Shown piece by piece: positions 60,196 through 64,000 of a DNA stretch of 64,000 nucleotides. Numbering within the stretch: position 1 is the stretch's first letter; every line of letters starts with the position of its first letter. Below the pieces are notes generated by a model. That model did no database searches. It worked only from the letters and a program-made list of their open reading frames with translations, and was not told where the DNA came from. Made by a program: the position numbers and the translations under genes. Source of the DNA: Halorutilales archaeon Cl-col2-1 (GTDB lineage: Archaea; Halobacteriota; Halobacteria; Halobacteriales; Afararchaeaceae); assembly GCA_041891055.1 (NCBI GenBank), contig CP169074.1:1632001-1696000 (forward strand). The letters run 5' to 3'.

Positions 60196-60498
60196 CTACG
60201 TTTTACACAGAACCACGAGTAGGGACGAGTCGATCTCGGCTTCGAGCGAGACGGCTTTCCCTCCTTCGAATGTAGCCACGTCGTCCTCTTCGAGTATGTA
60301 ACTCTCATCTCCAATCTTCGCCGCCAGTCTACCCGAGACGATATGTACGACGACCTTGTAACCTTCGTGTCTGTGTGGGGGAAGCTCCTCGCCCTCTGAG
60401 AGCTTAATCCGGACTGTCTTAGGATAGACTTCGGAGCCGAATACGCGTGAACTTCTCTCGTCGGGCAGCTCCGACAGGTCGGTTATCTCTACAGACAT
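60196..60498 (-). CDS. Cupin domain protein
   Basis: L..GE.LPPHRH, SG; start placed at MSVEITDL. Confidence 0.82.
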   Translation of the reverse strand: MSVEITDLSELPDERSSRVFGSEVYPKTVRIKLSEGEELPPHRHEGYKVVVHIVSGRLAAKIGDESYILEEDDVATFEGGKAVSLEAEIDSSLLVVLCKT

Positions 60499-60534
60499 GG
60501 GTGGTCTTTCGTCTCGATGCGGATAGCTACTTCC

Positions 60535-60548
60535 CCGAACATCTTCGG
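60535..60548. promoter_or_regulatory. Second CGAA-N4-TTCG box
   Basis: CCGAACATCTTCGG between divergent cupin and membrane protein genes. Confidence 0.65.
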
Positions 60549-60586
60549 CGTAGACCGTATACCTCTGTGGTGAGTAGACACGTGGG

Positions 60587-61774
60587 ATGTCTCCCAGCCA
60601 TACTTTCAGCGTAGACCGATGGTCGAGGACATACGTCGCGACGAGTGCCGTCTTCCTCGTGGCGTGGCAGGCGTCGTCCTTCGTCGACACTGACTGGCGG
60701 AGCCGTCTCATACTGGGTGTCCTCGGATTCGTCCTCCACGTAGTCTTCGGAAAGGCGTACACACTCGTTCCGTCGTACTTCGAGACGAGCCTCGCCTACG
60801 AAGCCGCTCCTGCGGTTCAGTTTCCGCTCACCTCTCTCGGAACTCTAATTCTTTCAGCCAACCCGGGGTCGGCTCTCGGAGGAATCCTCTGGATCGCGGG
60901 CGTCGGTATCTTCGTTGTGTCTCTCGGCGTGAGCCTCCGCGGAAATCTCACAGGCAGGGAAACGGGAACCGCCGAGACGAAGCAGGAAAGACGTACTGTC
61001 GACAGATACTCGAACGCCGCCATACCCTTCGCTCTCGTCTATCTCGTCCTCGGATCGTATCTACTCGTCGCCTCGAACTTCAGTGCGCTCCCGTGTCCCG
61101 TTTCCGTGGGATGTCAAGTCGGCTCTGTTCTCCATCTTCTCGCTGCGGGGACGGGAGGAGTCATGGTCTTCGGCGTCGGCTTCCGTCTCCTTCCAAGACT
61201 CCTAGTCTCACATCCCTCGCGCCGTCTTGTCGCACTCGTCCTTCCGACGGGCGTGGTCGCCCCGTCTTTCTTAGCCCTCGATCTAAACGGAGGAATCCTG
61301 TTCCGACTCGGTGCTGTACTCGAATCGGTCGCTGTCATCGGATTCGGTGCGGCTTACTTCGGCATGGTGCGACGATCCGAGAGAAGACGTGTTGGTCTGT
61401 ACGGTGTCCTCGCGGGCGCGGTCTTCGGTGCCTTAGGCGTCGTGATCGGCTCGGGGTTCGCGTTCGACGTCTTTTCCGTCTCGGATCTTAGGCTAACCCA
61501 CGCACGTCTCAATGTCCTCGGATTCCTCGGTCTCACTATCATCGGTGTGGCTTACCAGTTCTACCCGCCGAACGTCGGCTCCTTCTTAGGTGCGAACGAC
61601 GAGACGGCGCTCGCCTCGATAGCACTTATCGCCTCGGGTCTCGTAGTCGAGACTGCGTCTTCGGTCATCCCGGTCTCACTATTACTCCCGGGACGCCTTC
61701 TGACTCTCGTGGGGACTTCTCTCTATGCCTATGTATTACTACGTCTCTTCTACGAGAAGGAGTCCGGCGGCTGA
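60587..61774 (+). CDS. Multi-TM His-containing membrane protein (NnrS/heme-copper oxidase subunit I-like)
   Basis: About 12 TM helices; HLLAAG, HARLNVLGFLGLTI.GV.YQF.P. Confidence 0.65.
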   Translation: MSPSHTFSVDRWSRTYVATSAVFLVAWQASSFVDTDWRSRLILGVLGFVLHVVFGKAYTLVPSYFETSLAYEAAPAVQFPLTSLGTLILSANPGSALGGILWIAGVGIFVVSLGVSLRGNLTGRETGTAETKQERRTVDRYSNAAIPFALVYLVLGSYLLVASNFSALPCPVSVGCQVGSVLHLLAAGTGGVMVFGVGFRLLPRLLVSHPSRRLVALVLPTGVVAPSFLALDLNGGILFRLGAVLESVAVIGFGAAYFGMVRRSERRRVGLYGVLAGAVFGALGVVIGSGFAFDVFSVSDLRLTHARLNVLGFLGLTIIGVAYQFYPPNVGSFLGANDETALASIALIASGLVVETASSVIPVSLLLPGRLLTLVGTSLYAYVLLRLFYEKESGG

Positions 61775-62227
61775 CTACGTCTCCGATTTCACCCTCTCCA
61801 GCGTCTCACTCACGTCGTCCCAGTGTGAACCCTTCCAGTAGAGCTTTCCACAGCCGGTGCATCTCCAGACGGTCTCCACTTCGCTGGGAACACAGTCGCG
61901 GTCGGGGGTCTCGCCGGTCTCCTCGACCACGGAGTTACAGACGGAGCATCTCTCGGGTTCGTCGAGTTCGAGTTCGATCCCCGTCTCGTAGACCTCTCTG
62001 AGCTGATCCTCGATGTCGCGTGACTCTATCAGAACCGAGGGACTGACCGACTCTGAGAGCTGTATGTCACGTGTGAGAAGAGTCCGATCATCGTCGCTCA
62101 GATGTCTCCTTATCGAGTCGTCGTCCTCAGCATCAATCTCGAGAGCGTAGACGGTGTCGTGTCCCACCATACGCAGGTAAGTTGTGAGCTTTCCGAGCAT
62201 CACGTCGGTGAAGAATCTCGTCATCAC
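61775..62227 (-). CDS. Mut7-C RNase (PIN) domain protein
   Basis: DVMLGKL..YLR..G.D, LLTRD, RCSVCN, C..CGKLYWKGSH. Confidence 0.92.
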   Translation of the reverse strand: MMTRFFTDVMLGKLTTYLRMVGHDTVYALEIDAEDDDSIRRHLSDDDRTLLTRDIQLSESVSPSVLIESRDIEDQLREVYETGIELELDEPERCSVCNSVVEETGETPDRDCVPSEVETVWRCTGCGKLYWKGSHWDDVSETLERVKSET

Positions 62228-62670
62228 CGTCTCGTCTTGTCGTCCTCGACGTCGCTTGTGACCTTGTTCAGGAAGTTATTCCATCTCTTCTGGTCGGCTG
62301 TCTCGGCGCGCCGTGCCTCCTCGTTGAGGTCGCTTCTCGATCCCTTGACCGACTCCCTTATAGACGTGAGTGCCCTGTCGAGTCCCACGATAAGGTCGAC
62401 TATCTCCTTGCCCCTCTCGTATGACATCCCGTTATTCTCTTCCTGGAGCGAGTTATACAGCGAACTCCGTTTTCTTCTGAGTTTCTTCTTGAGAGTCTCG
62501 GGGTCGTAGTCGGGGTCGGGCTTCGACTCCGAACGCAGACCCAGGACTACCTCTTTGAGACGTATCTCCTCTCCGTCGACTTCGACTTCCTCGGGTACTC
62601 CGCTCCCGACGAATGACGAACCTCTGTCTACGCGTTCGAGAAGCGTCTCCCTCTCGTAGGGCTTCATCAC
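62224..62670 (-). CDS. Conserved euryarchaeal protein (DUF5788-like)
   Basis: ER..LLERV....VG..VP, GLDRAL, RW..FL. Confidence 0.75.
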   Translation of the reverse strand: MMKPYERETLLERVDRGSSFVGSGVPEEVEVDGEEIRLKEVVLGLRSESKPDPDYDPETLKKKLRRKRSSLYNSLQEENNGMSYERGKEIVDLIVGLDRALTSIRESVKGSRSDLNEEARRAETADQKRWNNFLNKVTSDVEDDKTRR

Positions 62671-62757
62671 CCTATCTACGGTCTCGTATCTAAAACAGCT
62701 TTCCGTACTACAGTACAGTACACCAAGTTATATACCCGACGAGGGCTTATCGCGTGT

Positions 62758-63639
62758 ATGGAAACCTGCGACGAGTGTGGCAAGGAAATCGACGGCATAC
62801 CTTACGACTGCCGTCTCTGTGGAGGCACCTTCTGTTCCGAACACCGTCTCCCTGAGAACCACGACTGCCCCAACCTGTCGTCGTACGAGAGCCCACAGAC
62901 GCGTGGCAAGAAGTCGGAGCCATCCTCGGCGGAGTCGTCGTGGTCTTCGGCTGTCTCGTCTCTACTACCCGGTCTACCCACGGGACTCCGCGGAAACGCG
63001 ACCTATCTCCTTCTCGCGGCGATGGTCGTGACATACCTTCTTCAGATAGTCGTGCTACAGGTCTCACAGGGTCTACACACTACGGTCTTCGTCCTCACCA
63101 CCGAGAACCCACTCTACGTCTGGACGTGGATCACGAGTATATTCTCCCACTCGCCGTCGAACCCGATGCATATCTTCTTCAACGGGATAGTCCTCTACTT
63201 CTTCGGGACGTTCCTCGAAAAACGCATAGGCACGCGTAAGTTCCTCGGACTCTTCTTCGTCGGAGGCGTAGTCGCTGGACTCGCACAGACGGGCGTGACT
63301 ATCGCACAGGGTGGTGTAGGCGGCGTCCTGGGCGCGTCGGGAGCCGTCGCCGCAGTACTCGGGACTCTCACGCTTCTCAATCCCAACATGCGTATCTACC
63401 TCTACTTCTTCATACCCATGCCTCTCTGGGTAGCCACCTCGCTGTTCGCGTTCTACGAGGTCTTCCTCACGGCGAGCTTCGGAGCCGGGGCGGGAGGCGT
63501 CGCACGTCTCGCACATCTCTCGGGACTCGCGATAGGACTCGCATACGGCTGGAAGCTCAGGAAGGAGGGATACAGCGTCGGAAGACGTATGTCCCTCTCG
63601 GGAGGACGTGGCGGCGGAGGACGCCGCGGAGGTCTCTGA
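62758..63639 (+). CDS. Rhomboid protease with N-terminal AN1 zinc finger
   Basis: CxxC...C..C...FCSEHRLPENHDC; HIFFN, GASG, AHLSG. Confidence 0.94.
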   Translation: METCDECGKEIDGIPYDCRLCGGTFCSEHRLPENHDCPNLSSYESPQTRGKKSEPSSAESSWSSAVSSLLPGLPTGLRGNATYLLLAAMVVTYLLQIVVLQVSQGLHTTVFVLTTENPLYVWTWITSIFSHSPSNPMHIFFNGIVLYFFGTFLEKRIGTRKFLGLFFVGGVVAGLAQTGVTIAQGGVGGVLGASGAVAAVLGTLTLLNPNMRIYLYFFIPMPLWVATSLFAFYEVFLTASFGAGAGGVARLAHLSGLAIGLAYGWKLRKEGYSVGRRMSLSGGRGGGGRRGGL

Positions 63640-63685
63640 GTCGCACTCCCCGAAATCTTAAATAGACGGAATCTGTAGCCGCGGC

Positions 63686-64000
63686 ATGGAGACACACAGG
63701 TCACTCCCCGACATCTCAGTAGCGTCTCTGCTGACCGCGCTTCTGACAGTCCTCGCGTGGTCTGTAATAATAAGCCAGACAGTGGGCTACCTCGCCGTAT
63801 ACGTGTTTCCGTTTTTCGGCTCCGAACCGTCGGTCTTCTCGGGTATGATACTACTTCTGTCGGCTGTGTCTGCCGCGGTCTACTTAAGATCCGGGGGCTC
63901 GCTTGAGTTCCTCGGCAAGCTTGCCGGAACTGCCCTCGTGATACAGATACTCGTCGGTCTGTCCGCCTTCGGAGTTTTCGGAGAGGGTCTGTCTCCCGGT
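63686..64000 (+). CDS. Membrane protein (partial, runs off the window)
   Basis: ATG 63686 opens a hydrophobic frame to the window end. Confidence 0.55.
   Translation, partial: METHRSLPDISVASLLTALLTVLAWSVIISQTVGYLAVYVFPFFGSEPSVFSGMILLLSAVSAAVYLRSGGSLEFLGKLAGTALVIQILVGLSAFGVFGEGLSPG

Overview
Haloarchaeal chromosome segment (acidic proteome, about 60% GC, AGA-rich; resembles deep-branching Halobacteria, lineage not provable here). It carries housekeeping genes (serS, split metE, psmB, aCPSF1, pgk, aspS, hisD, EF-1A, uS10, volactin) and three tRNAs. An 18,127-bp lower-GC integrative element sits at tRNA-Ala(CGC), bounded by 152-bp direct repeats (39517-39668 and 57644-57795). It encodes a Rep-like protein, an SNJ2-type integrase module, a second small tyrosine recombinase and a complete, convergently arranged type I (I-B-like, DevR/Cst2-type Cas7) CRISPR-Cas system with a 38-repeat array, but no recognisable virion genes. 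Notable signals: (1) a solitary degenerate CRISPR repeat plus guide with its own apparent promoter and terminator, divergent from cas3 (CreA/CreR/SRU-like); (2) a probable hidden Cas11 inside cas8; (3) amplified and overlapping spacers implying a CCN PAM; (4) a family of about 46-bp twin-hairpin micro-insertions, conserved in structure but not sequence, found at CG sites, in both ends of a tnpB-less IS605 remnant and at tRNA 3' ends; (5) a truncated-globin/NnrS-like cluster with two CGAA-N4-TTCG boxes. All product calls are by motif recognition only; no database searches were run.
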